Assembly: GCA_965205595.1 (NCBI GenBank)
Contig: CBDBHI010000056.1
Span: 16,832-80,831 of the forward strand
Reading direction: 5' to 3'
From: Bryobacterales bacterium
GTDB lineage: Bacteria; Acidobacteriota; Terriglobia; Bryobacterales; UBA6623
DNA: 64,000 bases
This document shows positions 18,498 to 27,710 of the stretch, in pieces. The translations under genes were made by a program, and so were the position numbers. Within the stretch, counting starts at the first letter, position 1, and the number at the start of each line of letters is the position of its first letter. The notes under the pieces are model-generated. The model did no database searches. It saw nothing but the letters and a program-made list of their open reading frames with translations, and was not told the origin of the DNA.

Positions 18498-19950
18498 CAA
18501 TACTCGTTACTTAATTATTTTTATAGCTTTCTCGAAATCAATGCGATGGTGGCGCAGCGGCGCGCGCGGTCGGAGCGGGTAGCTGCTCATCTTCCGCTTG
18601 ACTCCTCGTGGCGTACGTCTGCCGCGACTCGACCGCGCGCGCTCTTCGAGAACCTCCCGGACGACCGCGCGATGAAAGGCTTTTCTAACCCGAGGGGGGA
18701 ATAGCCGCCGCGAGCGGCATCTTGCGTCGAATCACTCGCACCGCGTGAATATACGAAAGTCGATGCGGATCTTCGTCCGCCTCCAACGCCGCTTCGTGCA
18801 GCAAGCCGCGGATCGCAAAATGGGCCAGCATCAATCCGTAGAACTCCTGCCGCACCAGCTCCGGCGTCTTGCTGCGCAACACGATCCGCGCGCCGCGCAA
18901 GTGGGTCTTGAGTTCGTCCAGCGCGTTTTCGATCTCCCAGCGCTCGTGGTATAAAGACGCCATCTCGTCCGCCGCAGCCCGCTTGGGATCAAGCACTGTC
19001 GTCAGCAAGCGATAAAACGGCTCGGCATCCTCAACGCCTTCGAGTTCGTATTCAATCACGCGCACACGGATGCCCGCGCGGCGCTTCCGCCGATCACTTT
19101 CGGAAGCGTAGATGACCCTCAGGTAGGAGCCGTCGGCGAACCGTTCGAGCACCTCAAGACGCACATTCTTCTTGGCTCTCCACAACAGATCCGCTCCCGT
19201 TTGGCTCGCCTGCCGCCACAATTCGTAACCCAGGAAGTTGCGGTCCGCGAGGCAGAGCCAACCCTTTTGCAAGGCGGGCAGCACTTGTTTCGCCAGCGTG
19301 ATTTCGCCCGCGGCGTAAGGCCCCAGGCGGCTGGCGAACAACACGTGGGTACCGTTTTCGACCAGCGAGACGAAACGAATTTGCGGAAAGGCGCTGGGGC
19401 CGCGGCCGGCGGCCGGTCGCCCGAAGGCCTGCTGATTGCGTTTCTCATCGGCCACGTCCAAGCTGCTGCCGTCGAGCGAGACGAGCCGCCAGCGACGGTA
19501 GAATGCGCCTCGCGTGCGGCGCTTCGCCAGGGGCCGGACCAACTCGTCGTGCAGATGCGCAAGCGGCTCCCATCCGAGCCGCGTACGGGCTCGCGAGATT
19601 CCGGAATGGCCGGCGACGCGCCGCGCTGCTTGCGGTCCCTGAATCCACTGGAGCCCTGCCAGCAAGCAACGCAGTACCTCGCGATAGGAAACCCGCATGT
19701 ACAGCGCCAGAGCGATCACGTAATAGACGACGACGTACGCGGGCAAGTCGCGCTGTCGGCGGCTGAGCCTGCCCGTGGCGGCCAGCGCCCGCTCCACCGC
19801 CACACGAGGAAACCACTTGGCCACCACGCCCAAACTGATGTAGTCAGTAATGCGCGCATCCGCTGGCAACCGCGCTAACGTCCGTGCCATCTCGCGCCCT
19901 CCCGTCTACAAGTCAGGATAGCATCGAAATGATCTAAGTCACGAGTATTG
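18498..19950 (-). mobile_element. IS4-family insertion sequence
   Basis: 15-bp terminal inverted repeats: CAATACTCGTTACTT (18498-18512) and AAGTCACGAGTATTG (19936-19950), matching at 14/15. They enclose one 401-aa transposase gene. An AT-rich subterminal segment lies at 18510-18540. I found no clear target duplication. Confidence 0.75.
18685..19890 (-). CDS. IS4-family DDE transposase (intact)
   Basis: N-terminal IS4-type domain ITDYISLGVVAKWFPRVAVERALAATGRLSRRQRDLPAYVVVYYVIALALY. DDE domain with LADRNF and YHERWEIENALDELK. Confidence 0.85.
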   Translation of the reverse strand: MARTLARLPADARITDYISLGVVAKWFPRVAVERALAATGRLSRRQRDLPAYVVVYYVIALALYMRVSYREVLRCLLAGLQWIQGPQAARRVAGHSGISRARTRLGWEPLAHLHDELVRPLAKRRTRGAFYRRWRLVSLDGSSLDVADEKRNQQAFGRPAAGRGPSAFPQIRFVSLVENGTHVLFASRLGPYAAGEITLAKQVLPALQKGWLCLADRNFLGYELWRQASQTGADLLWRAKKNVRLEVLERFADGSYLRVIYASESDRRKRRAGIRVRVIEYELEGVEDAEPFYRLLTTVLDPKRAAADEMASLYHERWEIENALDELKTHLRGARIVLRSKTPELVRQEFYGLMLAHFAIRGLLHEAALEADEDPHRLSYIHAVRVIRRKMPLAAAIPPSG

Positions 19951-20703
19951 GGGGTAGCGGCGCCGGTAATCCTGAGTAGAAATTCGCACCTCGTGGCAAA
20001 CTTCGCAGAGCCGCGAAACAGCCCGAGCGCCAATGCGGTCCGCCAACGAATCGTTCACCCGAAGGCGGCTGCGGCCCTCATTCTCCGCGATCGCATTGTG
20101 GCCCATCTCGACAACAGGAAGATTGGTTGTGATGATCAGCGCCTTCTCTTCGTTGTAGCGGTGATTGATGATCGCCGTGACCGTATCGAGTACCCAGTCC
20201 GTAACACGGTGCGCGCCTAAATCATCGAGCAGCAGAACCTCCGTGTCTAGCGCCGCCCGATACGTTTCGCGGCTACCGGCCCCTGCAGCCGGGTCGTAGC
20301 CGTCGCGAATCTTTTGAAGCAGTGTCTGGTAGTCAAAAAAAATGCAGTCAAAGCCGCGCTCAGCCAGCCGTTTGAGCGAAGCTATCGCCAGGTGCGTCTT
20401 GCCAACGCCCGGCGCGCCCTGAAATAGTAGCCCTCGCTTAGGACCGAACGGATATTCCTCCGCGAACTTCTTCGCGACACCCATCGCGCCGGTCAACGCG
20501 TTGTATTCGATCGAATTTTCCCGCGGGCTGCCGGCCCGAAAGTTATCGAAACCTACACCGCCGAATCTCGGCGGTAGACCGAGTTTCTGGATACGTTCGT
20601 TGGGCTCGACATCGCCTACGCATTTACAGCGGACAACGCTGCCATCGTCGACGTGGGACCAGCCGGTACCTTGGCAATCTGGACAATCGGCGTTAACTGC
20701 CAC
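19939..20703 (-). CDS. DnaC/IstB-like AAA+ ATPase with N-terminal CxxC...CxC zinc ribbon
   Basis: CPDCQGTGW...RCKC; Walker A GAPGVGKTHLA; Walker B VLLLDDLG; ITTN sensor. There is no istA partner. The last three codons and the stop overlap the IS4 terminal repeat. Confidence 0.75.
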   Translation of the reverse strand: MAVNADCPDCQGTGWSHVDDGSVVRCKCVGDVEPNERIQKLGLPPRFGGVGFDNFRAGSPRENSIEYNALTGAMGVAKKFAEEYPFGPKRGLLFQGAPGVGKTHLAIASLKRLAERGFDCIFFDYQTLLQKIRDGYDPAAGAGSRETYRAALDTEVLLLDDLGAHRVTDWVLDTVTAIINHRYNEEKALIITTNLPVVEMGHNAIAENEGRSRLRVNDSLADRIGARAVSRLCEVCHEVRISTQDYRRRYPQYS

Positions 20704-20808
20704 CGCTCGGTTCCTTAGCTAGCCGGCCTTCGCCGCGGTGCACGCCGTGGGCTGCCGAGTTCTGACAACGGAATCTCCATGACGCTGCTCTGATCTCATC
20801 GTATGCGA

Positions 20809-21300
20809 TCAGTCGATCACCACAAGCGCGCTTCCCGGTGCGACGGAATCGCCGGCGGAAACTTTGACCGAAACCACGGTGCCGTCTTTGGCGGCTTTGA
20901 GCTCGTTCTGCATTTTCATCGCTTCAACCACGACTACACCGTCCCCTGCATGCACCGCGTCGCCAGGCGTCACCTTGACTTCGATTACCTTTCCCGGCAT
21001 CGGCGCGACGATCGTCTGGGGCCCGGCGGCCGCGAGTCCGGCGCCGCCACGCGCTAGCCGCCGCGGGTCAACAATTTCGATCTGGAACAATCGATCTCGC
21101 GTGGCGGCCTCATATGTGCCGTTTCCGATGTGACCTGCGTTCACAACGTATTGGTCGCCGTCGACAACGACTGAAAACCTCCCATAGCCCACCGGCGCAA
21201 GTGCGGCGTTTCCGCTTGCGTGATCGATCTGAAAGCGCCCGTCAGCGTCGAGCGTAACCAGCCGCTCGATGCCGTCGACAATGACCGTTGTCGACTTCAA
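20809..21300 (-). CDS. biotin carboxyl carrier-type protein (BT-like N-terminal part plus biotinyl domain)
   Basis: C-terminal IVAPMPGKVIEVKV..GD.V..GD.VVVVEAMKMQNEL carries the AMKM biotinylation motif. The apparent TTG start overlaps the accC stop (GTTTGAAG). Confidence 0.75.
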   Translation of the reverse strand: MKSTTVIVDGIERLVTLDADGRFQIDHASGNAALAPVGYGRFSVVVDGDQYVVNAGHIGNGTYEAATRDRLFQIEIVDPRRLARGGAGLAAAGPQTIVAPMPGKVIEVKVTPGDAVHAGDGVVVVEAMKMQNELKAAKDGTVVSVKVSAGDSVAPGSALVVID

Positions 21301-22820
21301 ACGGTAGCCCCAAATGTTTTCATGCGCCTCTGGCGGCCGCTAATTTTCCAACGCGACGGAGCGCAAATTCTCTCGGGCGCCGGCTTCGCCGAACCGCAAC
21401 GATCGGCGAATAGAGCGGCTAGAATCGCCGCGGTCTCGCTAGGCTGCAACTCACTTTCCGGGTCGCCTGATCGCGTCTCCATCCAGCGCGCAATGAATCC
21501 CGTGTCGATGTCACCGGCGACGAATGCTTCGTCGGCGAGAATTTCGTAGAAGAACCGCAAAGTCGTTCGAATTCCCGCAATGTGGTAGTCGCCGACAGCC
21601 GAGCGTAGCTTGGCGATGGCCTCGTTACGGCTAGGCGCCCACGTCGCGAGTTTGGCGATCATCGGGTCATATTCGAGCGGAACCTCCCAACCCTCGAAGA
21701 CGCCCGAGTCGACCCTGACGCCGGGCCCAGACGGTTCCCGCAGGGCGGTAATTTTCCCAGGCGCCGGCATAAACGCCGAGTAGGGGTCTTCCGCGTAAAC
21801 CCGGCATTCTATCGCATGCCCGCGTGAAGTTACGTCATCCTGCGAATAGCGCAGTTTGTCGCCGTTGGCGATCAAAATCTGCTCGCGCACAATATCGATT
21901 CCCGTCACCAGCTCCGTCACTGGGTGCTCGACCTGTAGCCGAGTATTCATCTCGAGGAAATAAAAATTGCAATCGGAATCCATCAGGAATTCGACTGTCC
22001 CCGCGTTTGAATAATCACAGGCGCGAGCCGCCATCACCGCCGCGTCGCAAAGTGTGGTGCGTATCGACGGGTTGGCTTCGACCAGCGGAGAAGGCGTCTC
22101 TTCGATCACCTTTTGATGCCGTCGCTGCAAACTGCATTCGCGCTCACCCAGGTGAATCACGTTACCGTATTCATCGGCCAATACCTGCACTTCGATGTGA
22201 CGCGGCTTGACGATCGCCTTCTCGATGTATAAGGAATCGTCTCCAAAGGCCTGGCGCGCTTCGCCGCGCGCTTGATCGAGCGCCCCCGGCAGCGCATCGG
22301 CGCTCTCGACTAGTCGCATGCCTTTGCCTCCGCCGCCAGCGGCCGCCTTGAGCATCACTGGGTAACCAACGCCGGCGGCCGTCGCAAGCGCTTCGTCGAC
22401 GTCCCGCACTGCCGATGCCGTGCCCGGCACGACCGGTACTCCGGCGGTCCGCATCACCTCGCGAGCCTCGGTTTTCGAACCCATCTGGCGAATCGCACTG
22501 GAATTGGGCCCGATGAATTTAACGTTGGCATTCTCGCAAGCCTCGGCAAAAGCCGCGTTTTCGCTCAGGAAACCATAGCCGGGGTGGATTGCGTCAGCGC
22601 CTGCAAGCGCGGCGATTTCGAGGATGCGCTCAACACGGAGATAGCTCTCGCTCGCCGCGGCCTGACCCACGCGATAAGCTTCATCCGCCATCTGCACGTG
22701 AAGCGCGACACGGTCCAAATCCGAATAAACCGCCACGGTTCGAATGCCCATCTCGCGGCAAGTTCGCATCACGCGAACAGCGATCTCGCCTCGGTTAGCG
22801 ATCAGGATTTTCTTGAACAT
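21297..22820 (-). CDS. accC: biotin carboxylase subunit of an acyl-CoA carboxylase
   Basis: MFKKILIANRGEIAVRVMRTCREMGI..., the glycine-rich KAAAGGGGKGMR, and EMNTRLQVEHPVTE. 507 aa with a C-terminal extension. Confidence 0.9.
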   Translation of the reverse strand: MFKKILIANRGEIAVRVMRTCREMGIRTVAVYSDLDRVALHVQMADEAYRVGQAAASESYLRVERILEIAALAGADAIHPGYGFLSENAAFAEACENANVKFIGPNSSAIRQMGSKTEAREVMRTAGVPVVPGTASAVRDVDEALATAAGVGYPVMLKAAAGGGGKGMRLVESADALPGALDQARGEARQAFGDDSLYIEKAIVKPRHIEVQVLADEYGNVIHLGERECSLQRRHQKVIEETPSPLVEANPSIRTTLCDAAVMAARACDYSNAGTVEFLMDSDCNFYFLEMNTRLQVEHPVTELVTGIDIVREQILIANGDKLRYSQDDVTSRGHAIECRVYAEDPYSAFMPAPGKITALREPSGPGVRVDSGVFEGWEVPLEYDPMIAKLATWAPSRNEAIAKLRSAVGDYHIAGIRTTLRFFYEILADEAFVAGDIDTGFIARWMETRSGDPESELQPSETAAILAALFADRCGSAKPAPERICAPSRWKISGRQRRMKTFGATV

Positions 22821-22867
22821 GGGCCGAAACGAGATTGTATCAATCGACCGCGCGCGACCCTGCGATA

Positions 22868-24391
22868 ATGGCCCCGATGCTTAGATTGCTTGCCACCATC
22901 TTGTTGACCACCGTCGTCGCGTTCGCCCAATCCGATCGCCCAAACATCCTGTTTGCGATCTCTGACGATCAGTCGGCAATGCACGCCGGCGCTTACGGCG
23001 ACACATCCAACAAGACGCCTGCGTTCGACCGCATTGCCCGCGAAGGCGTCCTGTTCAACTACGCCTATACCGCCGCACCGTCATGCGCGCCGTCGCGTAG
23101 CGCAATCCTTACCGGACGCAATATCTGGGAAGTCGAAGAAGGCGGCATCCTGCTGGGCATACTGCGCGCTAAGTTCACCGTGTTTACCATCCTGCTCGAA
23201 GACTCCGGCTACGAACTCGGAGCCACCGGAAAAACATGGGGTCCTGGTCGCCTCGAGGGATGGACGCGCAACCCCTTCGGCAAGAATTTCGATGCACACC
23301 AGATCCCCGATTCGGAGCGGCGACCGGGCCTGCGCCCAACCGACTACGCCAAGAATTTCGATGAGTTCCACGCTCAACGAGACCCGAGCAAACCGTTTTT
23401 CTTTTGGCTCGGAACGAGTGAACCTCACCAAAGCTACGATGTTGGCGCATGGAAGCGCGCCGGCAAAAAGTTAGCAGACGCCCGCCTGCCAAAATTTTTG
23501 CCTGACACCCCCGAGGTACGCGGCGAAATCCTCGATTACGGCCTTGAAATCGAGCACTTCGACAACCATCTAGGGCGGGCGCTAAAGACCCTGGAGGATG
23601 CGGGCGAGCTCGACAACACCCTAGTCATCGTCACGAGCGACCACGGCAACCCGTTGCCCCGCTCGAAGTGCAATCTCTACGATGGAGGCACTCAAGTCCC
23701 GCTGGCAATTCGGTATCCCAAAAAGATTCCCGGAGGCCGCAAAGTCGATGACTTCGTCAGCCTTGTTGATATGGCCCCGACCATGCTTCAGGCGGCCGGG
23801 CTTGAAGTTCACTCGGAAATGTCGGGGCGCAGCGTTTGGCCGGTCTTGCAATCTGACAAGTCGGGAATCGTTGACGAGACACGCGACTTTGTCACCACCG
23901 CCTTCGAGCGCCACACTGTCGCCCGCCGAGGCGGCGTCGGCTACCCGATGCGCGCGATTCGTACCCATAGGTATGCCTACATTCGAAACTACGAGCCCGA
24001 CCGCTGGCCCGCCGGTGACCCCGATTATAATGCCCCGCCCCAGGGATTCTTCGGCGACGTCGACCGAGGCGTGACGAAAACATATCTGATCGCGCACGCG
24101 CTCGATCCGAAAATCCGACGGTATTACCTGATGGCCTACGGACGCCGCCCGGGTGAAGAACTCTACGACATGGAAAAGGACCCCGATCAGCTCGTCAACA
24201 TAGCGGATGATCCATCAATGAGCGAAGTCAAACAGAAGTTGATCTGGAAGCTAAACGCATATCTGCGTCAGACCGGCGACCCCCGCCAGCACGGCTCGAC
24301 GCCATGGGATAGCTACCCCTTCACGACCGAAATCGTTCTCAAGAACCCCAACTGGAAAACTGAGGGAATGCCGACCGTACTGCCTGACTGA
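22868..24391 (+). CDS. sulfatase (type I, formylglycine-dependent; N-sulfoglucosamine sulfohydrolase-like)
   Basis: Signal peptide MAPMLRLLATILLTTVVAFAQ. PNILFAISDDQ and the C-x-P-x-R motif SCAPSRSAILTGR. I prefer ATG 22868 over 22835. Confidence 0.85.
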   Translation: MAPMLRLLATILLTTVVAFAQSDRPNILFAISDDQSAMHAGAYGDTSNKTPAFDRIAREGVLFNYAYTAAPSCAPSRSAILTGRNIWEVEEGGILLGILRAKFTVFTILLEDSGYELGATGKTWGPGRLEGWTRNPFGKNFDAHQIPDSERRPGLRPTDYAKNFDEFHAQRDPSKPFFFWLGTSEPHQSYDVGAWKRAGKKLADARLPKFLPDTPEVRGEILDYGLEIEHFDNHLGRALKTLEDAGELDNTLVIVTSDHGNPLPRSKCNLYDGGTQVPLAIRYPKKIPGGRKVDDFVSLVDMAPTMLQAAGLEVHSEMSGRSVWPVLQSDKSGIVDETRDFVTTAFERHTVARRGGVGYPMRAIRTHRYAYIRNYEPDRWPAGDPDYNAPPQGFFGDVDRGVTKTYLIAHALDPKIRRYYLMAYGRRPGEELYDMEKDPDQLVNIADDPSMSEVKQKLIWKLNAYLRQTGDPRQHGSTPWDSYPFTTEIVLKNPNWKTEGMPTVLPD

Positions 24392-24461
24392 TTCGCGGGT
24401 CGGACCATGCCCGCCCTGTGACGGGCCGTGAAAAAATCGTCAGATCGCGCTGAAGCGGACG

Positions 24462-25886
24462 CTACTGATAAAGCGTCAGCACATCCGACTCGACCGAAAC
24501 AAGGTAAGCCATCAGTTGCCTGTGCAGTTCCCGAGCCCTTTCCGGCTGGGCCGCGGCAAGATCTTTCGTTTCGCCAAAGTCGTTTTTTAGATTGAAAAGC
24601 AGCATCTTGTCTTCTCGCCAGAACTGCACCAGCTTGTAATCTCCCACACGGATGGCGGTGTGCGGGTAGCTGTCGTTGTAGCGATGAAACACTAGCCCTG
24701 GGTTAGGCCGCTGCACCGAGCCGTGTCCTTCATTTTCCAGCAGGCCGCGGAAGCTGCCACCGTCGATGTCGCTCGGCAGCGCCTGTTTGTAGCCCACGAG
24801 ATCGGCAATCGTCGGCAAGATGTCCCAACCAACGACGGGCACGTTGCAAAACGAATTTGCTTTCACGCCCGGACCGCGCACGATAAACGGCACGCGAACT
24901 CCGCCCTCGAACGTCACCCACTTGCCGCCCCGTAGCGGCTCGTTCCGGCTTGGTATTTCGTAGGTCGTGGGGTTCGAGAGGTTGCGCTTGGTGTTCGGCG
25001 GAATCCAGCCCGCCGCGCCGTTGTCCGCCATGTAGATCACATAGGTCGAGTCGGCGATTCCCAGCGCATCGATCTTGTCGAGGATTTTTCCGACACCAAC
25101 GTCGAGGTCTTGTGTCATCCCCCCGAATGCAGGCACATTGTGCTTCTTTCCTTTCGGCAACTGCTCGTATTTCTCGAGCGTGGCTTTGCGTGTCTGCATC
25201 GTCACGTGGACCGCATAGTGCGAAATCTGTAGGTAGAACGGGCGCTCGTCGTTCACGCTACGCACCATGAAGTCGAGGCCGCGGTCGGTCAGACTGAAGA
25301 TTCGTTTGGGATCCTCCGTCACCGTGTATTTGTGCCATTTTTCCCGATTGTCAAACCCCGACGTAATGCTGCCGGGACGATTGCCCGTGTTGCCGTCGCT
25401 CTCGTCATAGCCCAGGTGTTCGGGCGCCAAATCGGTGCGGTGATCCCACTTTCCGAAGTGCGCCGCGACATAGCGCGGGTTAGCTGATTTCAAGATGCGC
25501 GGAATGGTCGGGCGCGTGTTGTCGGTCGGATACTTCGCCCCAAAACTGCTGGAGCCCTGACGAACCGGCATTTGTCCAAACTGCAGGCTACGGCGCGTCG
25601 GACTGCACAACGCGGCCGGCGCGTAGCCCTCACTAAATCGCATGGCCTGGCGCGCGAAGCGTTCGAGGTTCGGCGTCTGGAAGTAGTCGCTCTTGGCGTC
25701 CTTCCGCGTGGGGTGCATCTGCACTGACGTCGCGGGCCAGCCCTGATCGTCGCTCAGGATAAATACGAAATTGGGAGAGCCGGCCACCGGCTGAGCGCTG
25801 CCCGGATAGGGCAGTGCAAGCGTCGCGACCGCCAACCGGAAGGCAACAGATAGAAACATGCCGGCCGATATTTCCTTCGCGTTCAT
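24462..25886 (-). CDS. sulfatase (arylsulfatase family)
   Basis: PNFVFILSDDQGW and LCSPTRRSLQFGQ (C-S-P-T-R), with a signal peptide. Confidence 0.85.
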   Translation of the reverse strand: MNAKEISAGMFLSVAFRLAVATLALPYPGSAQPVAGSPNFVFILSDDQGWPATSVQMHPTRKDAKSDYFQTPNLERFARQAMRFSEGYAPAALCSPTRRSLQFGQMPVRQGSSSFGAKYPTDNTRPTIPRILKSANPRYVAAHFGKWDHRTDLAPEHLGYDESDGNTGNRPGSITSGFDNREKWHKYTVTEDPKRIFSLTDRGLDFMVRSVNDERPFYLQISHYAVHVTMQTRKATLEKYEQLPKGKKHNVPAFGGMTQDLDVGVGKILDKIDALGIADSTYVIYMADNGAAGWIPPNTKRNLSNPTTYEIPSRNEPLRGGKWVTFEGGVRVPFIVRGPGVKANSFCNVPVVGWDILPTIADLVGYKQALPSDIDGGSFRGLLENEGHGSVQRPNPGLVFHRYNDSYPHTAIRVGDYKLVQFWREDKMLLFNLKNDFGETKDLAAAQPERARELHRQLMAYLVSVESDVLTLYQ

Positions 25887-25889
25887 CGT

Positions 25890-27164
25890 TCAACTTCCTT
25901 TCCAGTGCTTGTCGGTGAAATCGAGATAGCGAAGCCAGTCGTACTGCTCGATGCCGTGGCCGCCTTTTCGAATGTGGTATCCGATTCGTCCTATCTGGAC
26001 GGGGCTTTCCACCCGGGGCATGTGTTCGGTTTCCAAGCCCTGAACGCCTAGCAGGTGATAGATAGGTTCGGCATGTTTCGCGCCAAGGAACTCGCCGCGA
26101 GGATCCGCCCACAGGTCCTCGTCGGCACTGCTGACGTACAGCAGGCGCGGCGCGATCAGAGACAGTAACATATGCTGGTCGAGCGGCAAGCCATCCTCGT
26201 TCCCGCCGTATTGCTTGTAGTTCTCGCTATACCAATGCTGGTTGCGGTCGTTCAGCACGTCCACGGGGTTCCCGTAGCGCCGGCGGCTTAACGCCGCGCC
26301 AGTCGAACCAGAGCAGACCGAGATCGTCATCGCGAATCGTTCGTCTTGTGCTCCTGCCCAAAGCGCCGTTTTTCCGGCCCGCGAAACTCCCATGACCGCC
26401 ACGCAGCTCTCGTCCACATCCTCGTCTGTCTCGAGATAATCCATCGCTCGGCTCAACCCCCAGGCCCAGGCCGCGATCGTGCCCCACGCATCCCCGGGTC
26501 TCTCACCCGCTGCGTCGAATGCGCCATGGACTCCGTTTTTGAATTCATCGTCCTCATCGGGGTCAATACTTTCCCTGTCAACTACAGCCAGGGCGTAGCC
26601 GCGCGACAAGATTTCTGGCAGGACTTCTTCCCATCGCGTTTGCGGCGCGGAATCCGCCTTTAGTGGCCGTCCAAGATAAAGAAATGCGGGAACCGGCTTC
26701 GGTTCGCCATTGGGTAGATAGATGCGCATGTCCATGCGCGGACCGTCGGCCTTGCCCGTGAAGTTAATTGCGAGGTCTTTCTGAGTCGCGGTTCCCTCTA
26801 GCGCCTGTCCGTTCGCTGCCCCGAGTTCAATTGTCATGCCCTCTGGACGCGCTACTGGCGCACGCCCATGAACGTGCGTCCGGAACAGTTCAAGAATTTC
26901 GGGACGGCGAAAGCTCCGCCACGCGTCAGCATCCGCGACTTTCGAACCGTCGCTCATCGCAAGGGAGTCCGGCAGCGTATAGGCCGGAACATTTACTTCG
27001 CGGAAGTTCGATTCGTAGCTCCGATTCCGATCGCGATCCTCGAACTTCTTTACGAATTCGGGCGGCGCAACCCAGCCTTGTGGCGCTTGCTCCTCAGCGA
27101 GAGGCGAGGAACTACAGCCCGCAAACAGCGTAAGAGCAGCGAGGAACAGGCGATTGCTTTGCAT
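25890..27164 (-). CDS. CE15-like glucuronoyl esterase lipoprotein
   Basis: Lipobox LFAGC. The segment MGVSRAGKTALWAGAQDERF matches the G-x-S-R-x-G-K nucleophile motif of carbohydrate esterase family 15. About 420 aa. Confidence 0.65.
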   Translation of the reverse strand: MQSNRLFLAALTLFAGCSSSPLAEEQAPQGWVAPPEFVKKFEDRDRNRSYESNFREVNVPAYTLPDSLAMSDGSKVADADAWRSFRRPEILELFRTHVHGRAPVARPEGMTIELGAANGQALEGTATQKDLAINFTGKADGPRMDMRIYLPNGEPKPVPAFLYLGRPLKADSAPQTRWEEVLPEILSRGYALAVVDRESIDPDEDDEFKNGVHGAFDAAGERPGDAWGTIAAWAWGLSRAMDYLETDEDVDESCVAVMGVSRAGKTALWAGAQDERFAMTISVCSGSTGAALSRRRYGNPVDVLNDRNQHWYSENYKQYGGNEDGLPLDQHMLLSLIAPRLLYVSSADEDLWADPRGEFLGAKHAEPIYHLLGVQGLETEHMPRVESPVQIGRIGYHIRKGGHGIEQYDWLRYLDFTDKHWKGS

Positions 27165-27291
27165 GTCAGATTCTCTAGTCTCGGCGCGATGCGCTCATAT
27201 CATCTGGCAACCCGAACGCCCAATCTAGGATGAACAGCCGCTCCCATCGTTCCGCACGGAGAAGGGCCGGTCGCGCGGGCGACGGTTACAA

Positions 27292-27477
27292 CTACAAGTA
27301 CCACCAATTCCGGCTTGCGGACATCGTGGGGTCTGCCAACCGGAGATCTAACCACAAGTTTCTCAAGTCGTCGACACCGGCAATGCCTTCTTCGAAAACG
27401 GTAGCTGAATCGTGGCCTGCGCGATTCAGATCCTCTGACAGTTCAGAGGGCAGGTTTTCGTCGACCTTGAATTTCAC
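27292..27477 (-). CDS. DUF5615-type (PIN/Mut7-C-like) toxin, apparently truncated
   Basis: MKFKVDENLPSELSEDLNRAGHDS matches the DUF5615 N-terminus, but the ORF stops at 61 aa where family members are about 110 aa. It overlaps the DUF433 gene by 4 nt. Confidence 0.55.
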   Translation of the reverse strand: MKFKVDENLPSELSEDLNRAGHDSATVFEEGIAGVDDLRNLWLDLRLADPTMSASRNWWYL

Positions 27478-27710
27478 TTGGCGTGGATCGGTAGCAGCGC
27501 TTCTTCTCGTGCGAGCTCAGCGGCGTAGGCAAGCGCAGCCTCAATGTGTTCGTTCCGTAGCGAGGGGTAGCTTGTCAGAATCTCCTGCACGGTTGAGCCT
27601 TCGGCGAGGCTGTCTAGGATGACGCTTACCGGCACACGAGTCGCTTTGGCGCAGATTTGACCGCCGGAAACGTTGGGGTCGCTCGTAAGGTATTCGTTCC
27701 ACCGAACCAT
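27474..27710 (-). CDS. DUF433-domain antitoxin-like protein
   Basis: SDPNVSGGQICAKATRVPVSVILDSLAEGSTVQEILTSYPSLRNEHIEAALAYA is the typical DUF433 pattern. Confidence 0.75.
   Translation of the reverse strand: MVRWNEYLTSDPNVSGGQICAKATRVPVSVILDSLAEGSTVQEILTSYPSLRNEHIEAALAYAAELAREEALLPIHAK

Noticed and set aside
24392-24461. Hairpin GCCCGCCCTGTGACGGGC between the convergent sulfatase genes as a bidirectional terminator
   Set aside because: The stem is short and there is no U-run on the correct side for either gene, so support is too weak to annotate.
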